A DNA stretch of 64,000 nt from positions 1 through 64,000 of the forward strand of contig JAHLWP010000007.1 in NCBI GenBank assembly GCA_019057865.1. The letters are read 5' to 3'. The notes below the pieces were generated by a model. The model made no database searches. It was not told the origin of the DNA and saw nothing but the letters and a program-made list of their open reading frames with translations. The translations under genes were made by a program, and so were the position numbers. The first letter of the stretch is position 1, and each line of letters starts with the position of its first letter. Positions 1-10,019 of this stretch are shown here, one piece after another. The DNA is from Promethearchaeota archaeon (lineage in GTDB: Archaea; Asgardarchaeota; Lokiarchaeia; Sigyniarchaeales; SOKP01).

Positions 1-2995
1 GACCTAGCAAACCAGAAGGAGCTAATTCTTTTTTCCTATGATTTCTCCAATTTTCCCCTCCTTTCTTTGCATACCCTACTAACCGATTTCGTAAAGTTGG
101 TATTATTTCAATTTCAATAATATTTTCTCCAATTTTAACATAATTTGAAATGTCAATTTCATAAGGGTGTACTAATATTGGCTTTAACTCATTGCCATTT
201 ATTTTAACTATTGCTACATCATGTACTCTTCCCAATGATAATACTAATTTTATATCTTCATGAACATGAATTTTTTTTATATTGAATTGTGAAGAGTATA
301 TACCTCTGCTGGAACAATATTTTAATTTAGGAATTTGACGCCAATCCCTCAATTCTGTTAATTCCATCTCAACAGATTCGATATTTCCTAAATAATCTCT
401 TAATTTTGTTTTTAGATGCCATTTATTAATAAAAATAGAAGATAATAATTTATCAGGGACTTCAATAATCCTTTTAGTATTATCACTTAGAACAGTCATA
501 ATAGCACCTGGAGTATCAATATATCCAATTATCTTTTTATCTTTTCTTTCCGTTTTTATTGGACTTTTTATTACATGAACTTTCTCACGGGATTTTTTGA
601 ATTCTATTATTTTTGACCCATATGCTTCAAAATATAAATCCATCTTAATACTATTTTCTGATTTTTCATATTGTGGCGCTTGTTTTACTTCTCCTGTCCA
701 AGGATCTAAAATAAAAGGTATTTTATTGTAAATAGGAAACTTTACTATTACTTTTTTAGGTTGATTAGTAGAATGGCGTAAAAAAAAATAATCACACTTC
801 TTTGTCTTTTTATGAATGTAATGTATTGTAGATTGTTCTTCTTCAAATACCAATCCTGGATTAACATTTAATTTTGTTCTTAAGAATTGTGGGACTTCAT
901 TAATATCCTTTAAATAATAAACATAACCAGATTTAACTAAATTATTAATAATTATTTCTATTTTTTTGTCATTCTCTCTATAGTTTAAAAAACCATTCTG
1001 TTTTAGTGGCAACTTTTTAAGAAATAGTATCCTTATTCCATCATTGGCAAGTTTTTGTAATTTGACTGCTAAACTAAGCGAGATCTTTTCAATATTTAGT
1101 AGAATTAAAACATCAAATTTTGATTGACCTATAATTAACTTATCATTTTTAGCAATACTCTCTAGAATACCTTCTTCATTAACATAGGTGTAATAATATC
1201 CTCTGGTTGTTAAGATATCAGTTAGGCTTAACATAAACAATGTCCATTTATCATTTAAATCAAGTTTTTCCCATTCTTTAAGATTACCTCCAACCTGATC
1301 TTTTTTAATTGGAATATTATTTTCATCCAAATACCCACCAACTAATTCTTCCTGCTTTAAGACTGAATCATTATAATTAAATAGAGGGTAAAAAAGTATT
1401 ATATTACTTATTGTTCTCCCACGTTGTAATACTAATTGGCATCTTGTAATATAATTATTTATAATAGGAAAAAACTCCCAAAATGGATTATTTCTGTTAA
1501 AATTTGATGAATAATTAAAAATTCTTGGTAAATATGATGTTGAAAACCCACAATAACCTGGATATGGAAAAGATGGATTATCATAAGGAAATCCATGGTA
1601 AATCAACTGATTGATCCCGGATATGAATAATCTATCAGCAGCAACTTTCATTTTAAGAGGCGTTGTCAAATAATCCCTTTGATTCCATTCTGAATATTCT
1701 GCTGTAATTAAAGGTTTTTCATAGATTAAACCTGCTGATCCTGCAAATTTTAGGAAATCAATTATACCTCCCGCATATAGCTGTTCAGTCTCAGGTATAT
1801 CTGAAATACTATATGCTTTTAGTGTATCTGCTCTTATACCGTAAGCTTGAATCCTATTTTTAAGTTTATTTTTAATAGTCCATTCAGTAATAGTCTGTAC
1901 ATATTCTTCTATAAATAAATCTGAAATTGTTAATTCTAAATCATATCTAATTCTTTCTCCACTCCCATCTTCAAAATCAAAAGCAGGAGTATCCCCTCCT
2001 AACCTAGCATTACGATATTTATTATCTCTATTCGGTACAAAACAAACCGGTAGAAATTTTTTAAGATCATAACCACGTTTTTTTTTGAACTGCTTGAAAA
2101 AATCATCTGTCCATAGCCAGTCAGAACTTAATTCTAAACTGTCAGTAAATATTGCTCTAAAGGTTTTACCAAAATGATTCTTAAAATATCTTTTTCCTTT
2201 CCCTATATGTAAATCCAAATGGTTTTTTAAAGATTTAGATGAAAGGTGGTCCAAAACTAAGCTATATTTCTCAGTTGAAGAATGGCAATCTGATATTGGA
2301 CGCGCTCCAGAAGGAGTACTATAAAATACAAAAATTTGCCATAATCCTATTGGGATATCCCATTCTAACATACCTTGTTTATTGACCATTTCAGTTAAAT
2401 CAATAATCGAATTTTCATCAATATATGTGGTTTGCACATTATTATAAGAAATTCTCCCAGGTTCTCCGATAGGTTTAGCGGCTATAACAGCTTCTATTTT
2501 TAAATTATTTTTGGAATTAGCAATTTTATAATGACCTAGATTGGGAGGTTTAGTGAATTTTGGTACAGCTCCTAAATAATGAAATGGACCTTCAATATTC
2601 TTCTCTCCAATTAATAAAGTTTTCAATGATTCTTCTTTGGATATGTGTGTACCACCAGCAGGCCAAGAAGATCCAATAGTTAAATCAATAATCATACCTC
2701 TCTTTGAAGCCTCTTCTAATACAGCTTTAACACAGGAATAGTAATATGGTTGCATGAATCTATGAGCACGTTTAGCTCTAGCTCTATCAATCTTTTCTAA
2801 ATTCTGCGGAGATCCTATCATAAAAACTTGTATTTCCGCTCCTAAAAACCCAGCTTCATCTAACTCTTGAATTTCTTTTATTAATTCCTCTTTCTCAACA
2901 TCTAGCCCTGTCCACCACCATCGAACCATAGCTCGAGCAGATTTAGGAGGATTTTTAAACTCATTCCATTTAATATCTTTTAAATTGAAAGACAT
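1..2995 (-). CDS. Glycoside hydrolase family 106 (alpha-L-rhamnosidase-like); 3' end runs off the window
   Basis: Not in the ORF track. Manual translation from ATG at 2995 gives MSFNLKDIKWNEFKNPPKSARAMVRWWWTG...ELDEAGFLGAEIQ (GH106 N-terminal motif). The same frame reads ...ELAPSGLLG at position 1, matching the typical C-terminal PSGLLGPV. Confidence 0.85.
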   Translation of the reverse strand, partial: MSFNLKDIKWNEFKNPPKSARAMVRWWWTGLDVEKEELIKEIQELDEAGFLGAEIQVFMIGSPQNLEKIDRARAKRAHRFMQPYYYSCVKAVLEEASKRGMIIDLTIGSSWPAGGTHISKEESLKTLLIGEKNIEGPFHYLGAVPKFTKPPNLGHYKIANSKNNLKIEAVIAAKPIGEPGRISYNNVQTTYIDENSIIDLTEMVNKQGMLEWDIPIGLWQIFVFYSTPSGARPISDCHSSTEKYSLVLDHLSSKSLKNHLDLHIGKGKRYFKNHFGKTFRAIFTDSLELSSDWLWTDDFFKQFKKKRGYDLKKFLPVCFVPNRDNKYRNARLGGDTPAFDFEDGSGERIRYDLELTISDLFIEEYVQTITEWTIKNKLKNRIQAYGIRADTLKAYSISDIPETEQLYAGGIIDFLKFAGSAGLIYEKPLITAEYSEWNQRDYLTTPLKMKVAADRLFISGINQLIYHGFPYDNPSFPYPGYCGFSTSYLPRIFNYSSNFNRNNPFWEFFPIINNYITRCQLVLQRGRTISNIILFYPLFNYNDSVLKQEELVGGYLDENNIPIKKDQVGGNLKEWEKLDLNDKWTLFMLSLTDILTTRGYYYTYVNEEGILESIAKNDKLIIGQSKFDVLILLNIEKISLSLAVKLQKLANDGIRILFLKKLPLKQNGFLNYRENDKKIEIIINNLVKSGYVYYLKDINEVPQFLRTKLNVNPGLVFEEEQSTIHYIHKKTKKCDYFFLRHSTNQPKKVIVKFPIYNKIPFILDPWTGEVKQAPQYEKSENSIKMDLYFEAYGSKIIEFKKSREKVHVIKSPIKTERKDKKIIGYIDTPGAIMTVLSDNTKRIIEVPDKLLSSIFINKWHLKTKLRDYLGNIESVEMELTELRDWRQIPKLKYCSSRGIYSSQFNIKKIHVHEDIKLVLSLGRVHDVAIVKINGNELKPILVHPYEIDISNYVKIGENIIEIEIIPTLRNRLVGYAKKGGENWRNHRKKELAPSGLLG

Positions 2996-3201
2996 GGAGA
3001 TATTGTAATAATTATTTCAAATATAATATTTTCTTCTCAGTAATTCTAAATATATTTTTTATTTTTCAAATATCTTTCATTCTTAACTTATTGTAGAAAT
3101 AAATAGGTTACTCAAAATTTTTCTTTTTTATAATTATAAATATTGTAAGAATTAATTACACATCATCTAATGAAAATTTTAAAGGAAGCTAATTAATTAT
3201 T

Positions 3202-4029
3202 ATGGGATTTACACCTTTCAAGGATTCCTATAGATATCTTAATTTTTTAATCATTTTTCTTCTAACACTATTGTTACTTTATCTGATTATCCCCCTGTTT
3301 ATTTCGGGCACTATAAAGATTTGGGTAAATATTAGTGAATTAGATGGAGCAGCAGGTTACTTCTCTCTAAAAATAGGAATGATAATGGAAATTATTTTAA
3401 TGGGTCCGGTGTTTGGAATCATTTATTATTTCCTTATGAAAAGTTTAATTAAAAATGTTGATGAAAACCAAGGAAGGAATAAATATGTGCTATATTTCTT
3501 AGAAATAGGGGTTCTATTATTCATCAATATTTCTGTCATGGGACATATAGTTCATTTACTATTTGATTATGGAAATTGGATTTATAGAGAATCAAATGTA
3601 ATGGATACTAGCCAACTTTATTTATTTCTATATTATTCTGACGAGTGGCTCGGGCATCATCTCATTCACATCGCTTTTTTTGGGTATATTACTTTAGCTT
3701 TAATAACTGAGTTTATAGGTCAAGAACATAGAAAATTAAATTCAGATGAGTTGATTTATACAATTGCTTCAGGTGTTGGTCTCAGCGTGGTTTTCAGTTA
3801 TTACACATATGAAGGTCAAGCTGCTTTTATGATCTTTATTTTATTTATTTTACTATTAATCATTGAAATTATTATTCTCTTTATAAAGAAAATAAATCCC
3901 TTAGAGCGACCGATACTGTTAGCTACAATAATTACTTCAATAGTAGTAATTATATTTTTTATATGTTGGATTATTCTATTTGGTATTAAGCCATATTATC
4001 CTTTTGTTTATCAACCATCTGAATTATAA
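3202..4029 (+). CDS. Multi-pass membrane protein with CLN6-like motifs
   Basis: About 7 hydrophobic segments; motifs MGHIVHLLFDYGN, LYYSDEWLGH, YEGQ and C-terminal YPFVYQP. Confidence 0.6.
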   Translation: MGFTPFKDSYRYLNFLIIFLLTLLLLYLIIPLFISGTIKIWVNISELDGAAGYFSLKIGMIMEIILMGPVFGIIYYFLMKSLIKNVDENQGRNKYVLYFLEIGVLLFINISVMGHIVHLLFDYGNWIYRESNVMDTSQLYLFLYYSDEWLGHHLIHIAFFGYITLALITEFIGQEHRKLNSDELIYTIASGVGLSVVFSYYTYEGQAAFMIFILFILLLIIEIIILFIKKINPLERPILLATIITSIVVIIFFICWIILFGIKPYYPFVYQPSEL

Positions 4030-4104
4030 TCTTTCTCTAGAAGAGATTATAATTTATATATAATTAGAAGAAAATTATTAAATTATAAGTTCTTTAATGA
4101 AATT

Positions 4105-4815
4105 ATGAGAAAGGAAGATCTATTTAACTCTTATAATTCTGAATTTCTAAAGAAAGCTGGAATTGAATTTAAAAAACCAGAAAAAACTGACATAAAAAAT
4201 ACAAATGTCTTTAAAACAGGAACTACTACTGTAGGATTGATATGTAAAGATGCTGTAATTCTAGGAACAGATAAAAGAGCATCAATGGCATATTTTGTTG
4301 CTAGTAAAATTGCTGAAAAATTATATAAAATTCAAGATCATCTTTATATGACAATTGCAGGTACTGTAGCTGATGCTCAATATCTTATAGATGTTTTACG
4401 TGCAGAAACCAATATATACCAATTAGTACATGACGGTAGGCCTATTTTAGTTAAATCTGCTGGGAAATTATTATCCAATATCTTATATCAAAACAAAATG
4501 TTTCCCTTTGAAGTGGGACTTATTCTAGGAGGTGTTACAGAAGAAGAAGGTCCTACTCTTCTGGATATTGGTGCTTATGGTTCAATTCTACCAGAGAAAT
4601 ATTGTGCTATTGGAAGTGGGCAAAATTTCTCATATGGTGTCTTAGAAGCAAAATATAAAGATAAATTATCTATCAAAGAAGGTAAAGAAATCATTATATC
4701 AGCAATATCAGCATCTATTATTAGAGATATGGCTAGTGGAAATGGTATAGATATTGCTGTTGTTAAAAAAAAGGGTTCAGCAAAAAGACAATTTATTCCA
4801 ATAAAGGAATCATAA
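4105..4815 (+). CDS. psmB: Proteasome subunit beta
   Basis: Propeptide followed by KTG|TTTVG, DKRAS, GSG, RDMASG. Confidence 0.95.
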   Translation: MRKEDLFNSYNSEFLKKAGIEFKKPEKTDIKNTNVFKTGTTTVGLICKDAVILGTDKRASMAYFVASKIAEKLYKIQDHLYMTIAGTVADAQYLIDVLRAETNIYQLVHDGRPILVKSAGKLLSNILYQNKMFPFEVGLILGGVTEEEGPTLLDIGAYGSILPEKYCAIGSGQNFSYGVLEAKYKDKLSIKEGKEIIISAISASIIRDMASGNGIDIAVVKKKGSAKRQFIPIKES

Positions 4816-5049
4816 TTAAACCTATTTTTCTGTATTATTTTGTTTTTATCTCTTCTCCTGCTATTTAAATATTATGTAAAATGAAACTTTAAATAGAAGC
4901 TTTATAAAAATCTTTATAAAAATAAATATCTTTATAAAAATAAATTACAAATTATAAAGTTAGAAGAAATAACTCGTTATAGAACTTAGATAGAACATTT
5001 ATAAACATTAAGAATTGAGCAAGAATTGAATCGTGGAGTGACGCCAAAA

Positions 5050-5778
5050 ATGAGCTACAAAATAATAGTAGACTTGTCTCATAAGGAACAGGTTGAAGAA
5101 TTTCCTGAGTTCTCTTTAGGAGAAAATGATTATGAAGTTGAGTATATAGACAAGAACGAGGGACCAATAGAATTTGATATACTTGAAGATTTTGACGTTT
5201 TATTTATTGGTAATATCAAAGCTACTCAAGATGGAAAAGCTGATAAGTTTACGCAAGCTGAATTACTTGCAATTAAGAAATTTATAGGGGAAGGTGGAGG
5301 GTTGTTTCTAACTAGTGGAGATGGAGGAGATAAAGATATCACTATGAAGCAAGGTTCAATTAGAGTCTTGTATAAAATAACAGGCGTACGAAGATTTTGG
5401 AATGGTATTATACATGAAGCTTCCTCAAATTTTCTGGTTAATCGAACTAATTTATTAGTTACAGAACTGTTTAACCATCTTATAACTAAAGGAGTAACAG
5501 AGGTAGTTCTTCCAAATTGTACTTTCTTTACAATTTCCGAAGAAGATGTGGAAGATATTATTCTAACCTCTGAAAAATCTGAATTTAAATATTATGTTGA
5601 TGATGATGTTGGCGTTCTTGGCCCAGTACCGGTATGTACGGTTTCAGAATTCTATAATGGTAGATGTGTTAGCATAGGATCCTCAGATTGGATGAGAGAA
5701 GATTCTGATTTTGGATTAGATGCAGGAGATAATTTGAAGTTCCTCTCTAATATCATTGAATGGTTATCTTTCGATTAA
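5050..5778 (+). CDS. GIFT (GldG/IFT52-like) class-I GATase-like domain protein
   Basis: IIVDLSHKE, FTQAELLAIKKFIGEGGGLFL, GRCVSIGSSD, DNLKFLSNIIEWL. ATG 5050 follows GGAGTGA (track uses TTG 5026). Confidence 0.65.
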   Translation: MSYKIIVDLSHKEQVEEFPEFSLGENDYEVEYIDKNEGPIEFDILEDFDVLFIGNIKATQDGKADKFTQAELLAIKKFIGEGGGLFLTSGDGGDKDITMKQGSIRVLYKITGVRRFWNGIIHEASSNFLVNRTNLLVTELFNHLITKGVTEVVLPNCTFFTISEEDVEDIILTSEKSEFKYYVDDDVGVLGPVPVCTVSEFYNGRCVSIGSSDWMREDSDFGLDAGDNLKFLSNIIEWLSFD

Positions 5779-5802
5779 TTATAATTAATCATTTGAATCA
5801 AT

Positions 5803-6915
5803 ATGGTTTTTAAACTTTTTCGTCCGGACTCGAATTCCGTTTGGGAAAATGAAGAAATTATTAAAAGATATTCAAAATATAAAGGTATTAAAGAAGGTAC
5901 AAATTTAGCAAGATATTTAATTGCTAAAAGTCTTGAATGTGAATTTAATTCTGATGATAGCATTGAAATTCTAGAAAAACTGTTAAAAGAAAAATCTAAG
6001 GAATTTAATGAATTAATAAAAAAAGATACAGAAGAATTAAAAAGTCGAAATATTGCTGCTATATCATATATTGATTTAGCTGAGAATATTGCAAGAAAGT
6101 ATCTTGAAAGTTGTATTTTCTGTGAACGTCAATGTAAAGTTAATAGAATTGATGGAGAAAAAGGATTTTGTTTAATAAATAAAGATTCATACGTTTCTTC
6201 AGCTTTTCTGCATATGGGTGAAGAAAGTGTATTGATACCAAGTGGTACAATTTTTTTTCAAGGATGCAATTTTGGATGTGTTTTTTGTCAAAATTATGAT
6301 ATTTCTCAAGCTTGGAAAGGTCAGAGAAATATTGAAGATGTTGCCCAAAAAGTTTCTATTAAAGAATTGGCTACTATTGCTGATAAGTTAGTAGATAAAG
6401 GCGCTATAAATATTAATTATGTAGGAGGCGATCCCATACCAAATATTCATACTATAATTGGAAGTCTAAAATATCAGCAATCTAATATCTGTCAGTTATG
6501 GAATTCTAATTTCTATCTAACTAATGAGTCATTATCATTAATTATAGATTTTATAGATTTCTGGCTTCCAGATTTTAAGTATGGGAACAGTAAATGTGCC
6601 AAGAAGTATTCTGGTATAGATAATTATTTCGATATCATTGCCAGAAATCATAATAGAGTCCATGATGAGGGAAGTGGAGAAATTTGTATAAGGCACCTTG
6701 TAATGCCCGGGCATATTGAGTGTTGTAGTAAGCCAATTTTGGACTATGCTAGAAAAGAATTACCGAAAGCGGTCTTCAATATTATGGGACAATATCGTCC
6801 ACAATATAAGGCTTTTCAATATGAAGAAATAAATAGAAGACCTACATCCCAAGAAATAAGAGAAGTAAAAAATTATGCTGATGCGTTAGGAATTCTTTAT
6901 AAGCCTGTCTCATAA
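5803..6915 (+). CDS. Radical SAM protein, PflX-like (PFL-activating enzyme related)
   Basis: CIFCERQC; GTIFFQGCNFGCVFCQNYDIS (CxxxCxxC); RHLVMPGH; MGQYRP. Confidence 0.9.
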   Translation: MVFKLFRPDSNSVWENEEIIKRYSKYKGIKEGTNLARYLIAKSLECEFNSDDSIEILEKLLKEKSKEFNELIKKDTEELKSRNIAAISYIDLAENIARKYLESCIFCERQCKVNRIDGEKGFCLINKDSYVSSAFLHMGEESVLIPSGTIFFQGCNFGCVFCQNYDISQAWKGQRNIEDVAQKVSIKELATIADKLVDKGAININYVGGDPIPNIHTIIGSLKYQQSNICQLWNSNFYLTNESLSLIIDFIDFWLPDFKYGNSKCAKKYSGIDNYFDIIARNHNRVHDEGSGEICIRHLVMPGHIECCSKPILDYARKELPKAVFNIMGQYRPQYKAFQYEEINRRPTSQEIREVKNYADALGILYKPVS

Positions 6916-7005
6916 AGCAGACTTAATTTTAGAAAAATCTTTAAGTAATCATTCATTCTAAAACTTAATTTCTATTGTCCAAGTAATTATATTTAATTGA
7001 TTTTA

Positions 7006-8133
7006 ATGTCTCTTGAACTAAACGATGTAAAAGGTATTGGGAAAAAAATCGATGTTTTAAAAGAAGCAGGAATTGATTCAGTTGAAAAATTAGCAGGAGC
7101 TAAATTAGAAGAGTTAACTGAAATAAAGGGAATTGGAAAAGCTACAGCAGAAAAAATAATTGATAGTGCAAAAGAGTTATTTAAAAGCTCAAAAAGTAGT
7201 TCAACAGAAATCATAAAAGAAGAAAAATCTGAATCAGTTGAATCTGAAGATGAAGAGAAAAAAGTTCTAGAGGAACTTAAAAAATTAGAAGAAAAGAAGA
7301 ATAAACTCCAAGATAAAAAGGTTGAAAAAGGCGATTTTATACTAGTTAAAATTACAGGTAAAACTCAAAGAGGTAAAGTTTTTAGAGTATCATCTGAAGA
7401 AGATGCAAAAACAGCAGGTATATATGATGAACAAAAAGCAAAACAAGGATTTTATTCTCCAGACTTTGTTATTGTCAGTAAACCAGGTTTTCTAAATGAG
7501 GGACTTACTGAAACAATAGAGAATATGAATTATTTTGAGAAAAAATCTGTAAGAATACCTCCAACAAAAGCATTTGGAAAAAGAGATCCAAAAAAAATTG
7601 AAAGAATAGGAATTGCTAAATTTAGAAAATTAAATGAAGGTAAAAATCCTGAAATTGGACAAGATTTTACTAAACAAACTCAAGGACAAGTGCAAAGGGG
7701 GACAGTAACGAGTGTTGTACAAGGAAGAGTTATTGTTGATTATAATCATCCATTAGCAGGTCAACTTTTAGATTACAACATAGAAGTTATTGATAAAATT
7801 GAAGATTTTAATGAAAAAATAGAATATTTTATGATTAGTAAAGGAATTCCAAAAGAAGATGTTGAAAATTTTGAAGTGAGTCATGACATAACAAATAAAA
7901 CTCTTGAGATAGTAATTCCAAAAAGTTTTCTATTTCAGAATTTAACTTATTTAAAATTTGGTTTGGCTATGGATATTCAAACTTATATGTCTGATGAAAT
8001 TGGCGATGTGAAGTTTATCGAGATTTTTGAAAAAATTCCAATTCCCCCAACTCCTTCAGAATCAGTAAAGCAAAAAATTGATGATTATAATAAAGAGAAA
8101 GAAAAAGAGAATAATGACGAATCTAAAATTTAA
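7006..8133 (+). CDS. Helix-hairpin-helix domain fused to long-type archaeal FKBP peptidyl-prolyl isomerase
   Basis: VKGIGKK and IKGIGKATAEKI HhH motifs; IPPTKAFGKRD and VDYNHPLAGQ FKBP/SlyD motifs. Confidence 0.85.
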   Translation: MSLELNDVKGIGKKIDVLKEAGIDSVEKLAGAKLEELTEIKGIGKATAEKIIDSAKELFKSSKSSSTEIIKEEKSESVESEDEEKKVLEELKKLEEKKNKLQDKKVEKGDFILVKITGKTQRGKVFRVSSEEDAKTAGIYDEQKAKQGFYSPDFVIVSKPGFLNEGLTETIENMNYFEKKSVRIPPTKAFGKRDPKKIERIGIAKFRKLNEGKNPEIGQDFTKQTQGQVQRGTVTSVVQGRVIVDYNHPLAGQLLDYNIEVIDKIEDFNEKIEYFMISKGIPKEDVENFEVSHDITNKTLEIVIPKSFLFQNLTYLKFGLAMDIQTYMSDEIGDVKFIEIFEKIPIPPTPSESVKQKIDDYNKEKEKENNDESKI

Positions 8134-8159
8134 AAATCTATTCCAATAAATCTTCTAAT

Positions 8160-9128
8160 TTAAGTAATTTTAACTTTTGTTACTAATTCTTGTTTTTTCT
8201 TTGCCTTTTCCTTTTTATATTCCTCTTTCTTTTTCTGATAAAAAGCTCGCTTACGTTGAAATTCCAGTCTTCTTCTTAGGGATTTTTTCTTCTTTTTTAG
8301 ATATTCCTTTTTCGCTTTTTTATATTCTTTTTTTGCCTTTTTATATTCTTTTTTTTTGGTTTTATATTCCTTATATTGTTTCTTAATCTTGTGACGAAGA
8401 TCCTTACTGATTTCTCCTATTCCTAATTCTTTCAACTGTCTTTTAAACTTTTCAAATGATTCAAATCTTAAAACTATAATACCTAATTCCCTTGCAGGAA
8501 CTAAATTTTGAATTTTATCATCAATAAATATACATTTTTTAGGAGATGTATCTAATTTTTTTAAAACATATTTATATTTATCCATATCGGGTTTAATTAA
8601 GCCAATTTCATTAGATAAAAACATGTGATCAAAAATATCATAAAAACCTTTTAATAAATTTGATTTAGCATGAATATCAAAGGTATTTGACATTAAACTA
8701 ATAGTATAATCTGCCTGATGTAAGCGTTCTATTACTTCTGCCATTTCGGACGAAATATTAGTAACTTGAGAATATAGATCAAACCATAACTCAACATAAT
8801 ATTCGGCATTTACCTTTTTTGGAGGTAGAGCACCATCTTGTTTTTGAGAAGGATAATAATATTTCTCGAAAATTTTTTCTAAAAACTCTCTCGCAGAAAT
8901 CCTTCCAGAACTAAGATTTCGCCTAATTTTTCGCAAATATGAATCCCCAGACCGTTTAATAGTAATATTTAAATCAGATTGTATTATATCAAATAAATTT
9001 TTTAAAACAAAGGTTTTTTCAATCATTACACCCCCAAAATCAAATATAAAATGCTTAATTTTATAAAGTCTAACCTTTTGAGTTTTTCCAAATATCTTAT
9101 AAGTTTTTAATTCTTCTGGTGTACTCAT
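8160..9128 (-). CDS. HAD-family phosphatase with Lys-rich C-terminal tail
   Basis: FDFGGV motif I, MSNT, KPD, FIDD; about 80-aa KKEYKKA-repeat tail. Confidence 0.85.
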   Translation of the reverse strand: MSTPEELKTYKIFGKTQKVRLYKIKHFIFDFGGVMIEKTFVLKNLFDIIQSDLNITIKRSGDSYLRKIRRNLSSGRISAREFLEKIFEKYYYPSQKQDGALPPKKVNAEYYVELWFDLYSQVTNISSEMAEVIERLHQADYTISLMSNTFDIHAKSNLLKGFYDIFDHMFLSNEIGLIKPDMDKYKYVLKKLDTSPKKCIFIDDKIQNLVPARELGIIVLRFESFEKFKRQLKELGIGEISKDLRHKIKKQYKEYKTKKKEYKKAKKEYKKAKKEYLKKKKKSLRRRLEFQRKRAFYQKKKEEYKKEKAKKKQELVTKVKIT

Positions 9129-9206
9129 TTTCTATAGGATTCTTTTTTTAACATAATTAATTAATCCTTAAAGATAAAAGTTATATTTATTCTACTAAAA
9201 ACTTAC

Positions 9207-10007
9207 TCAAATATTATGAAAATCTCTGAACTTTTTTAAAATTAGATTACATATTGCTTCGACCGGAGAAATATTATCCAACTGCCACTGACTAAATTCT
9301 GGGAAACTCCCGACATCTACGGCATATAGTTGATTAGTTGATTCTTCTCTAACAATATCAATATGACCAAATAGAGCATTTCCTTCTAAATATTTTCTCC
9401 ATTTTTCAATAAAGTCTTTCACATCAAGAGGAGTGCTTATTTTTTCCATATCAACATGTTCATGGGATAAAGGAGGTTTAATTAATGTACAAATCTCATC
9501 ATCAATAAAATATACATTATAATGTTCCCCTTCAATATACTTCTCTAAATATAATATTCTTTTATTATCATTGTCGCTAAAATCCTTAAAAGAATTAATA
9601 AGTTTAACCCCTTTACTTCCAGATCCCATAATTGGTTTTAAAATTAAAGGAAAATCATTATTATTAAGTTCTTTTTTCAATGTTTCTACAGTACTTAAAT
9701 ATATGTGAGGAGGTGAAAGTCCAGCTCTTTTCATTAATAAATGTGAATGTACTCTATTTTTCTGCTTAAATGAAGTTTCTGGATCAGGGATAACCGGTAT
9801 TTTATTTGCTTTTAAGTATTGGCCAGCATATATAAAAAAAATATTTTTTGATTTTAAAACAAAAAAATCGTTTGATAAAAGTGTGTCATTGATACTAAGA
9901 TTGTCTAAAGTATAGACTTTAACATTAAAACCTTTATTATTTACAAAAAATTGTTTCATTTTACCCGTAAACATTGTTTTTCTTTTAGATAAAATTCCTA
10001 TATTCAA
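9207..10007 (-). CDS. ATP-grasp protein (RimK/ITPK1-like)
   Basis: PLILKPIMGSGSKGV, LEKYIEG, AVDVGSFPEF. Confidence 0.75.
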   Translation of the reverse strand: MNIGILSKRKTMFTGKMKQFFVNNKGFNVKVYTLDNLSINDTLLSNDFFVLKSKNIFFIYAGQYLKANKIPVIPDPETSFKQKNRVHSHLLMKRAGLSPPHIYLSTVETLKKELNNNDFPLILKPIMGSGSKGVKLINSFKDFSDNDNKRILYLEKYIEGEHYNVYFIDDEICTLIKPPLSHEHVDMEKISTPLDVKDFIEKWRKYLEGNALFGHIDIVREESTNQLYAVDVGSFPEFSQWQLDNISPVEAICNLILKKFRDFHNI

Positions 10008-10019
10008 TTTAAACCCCTT

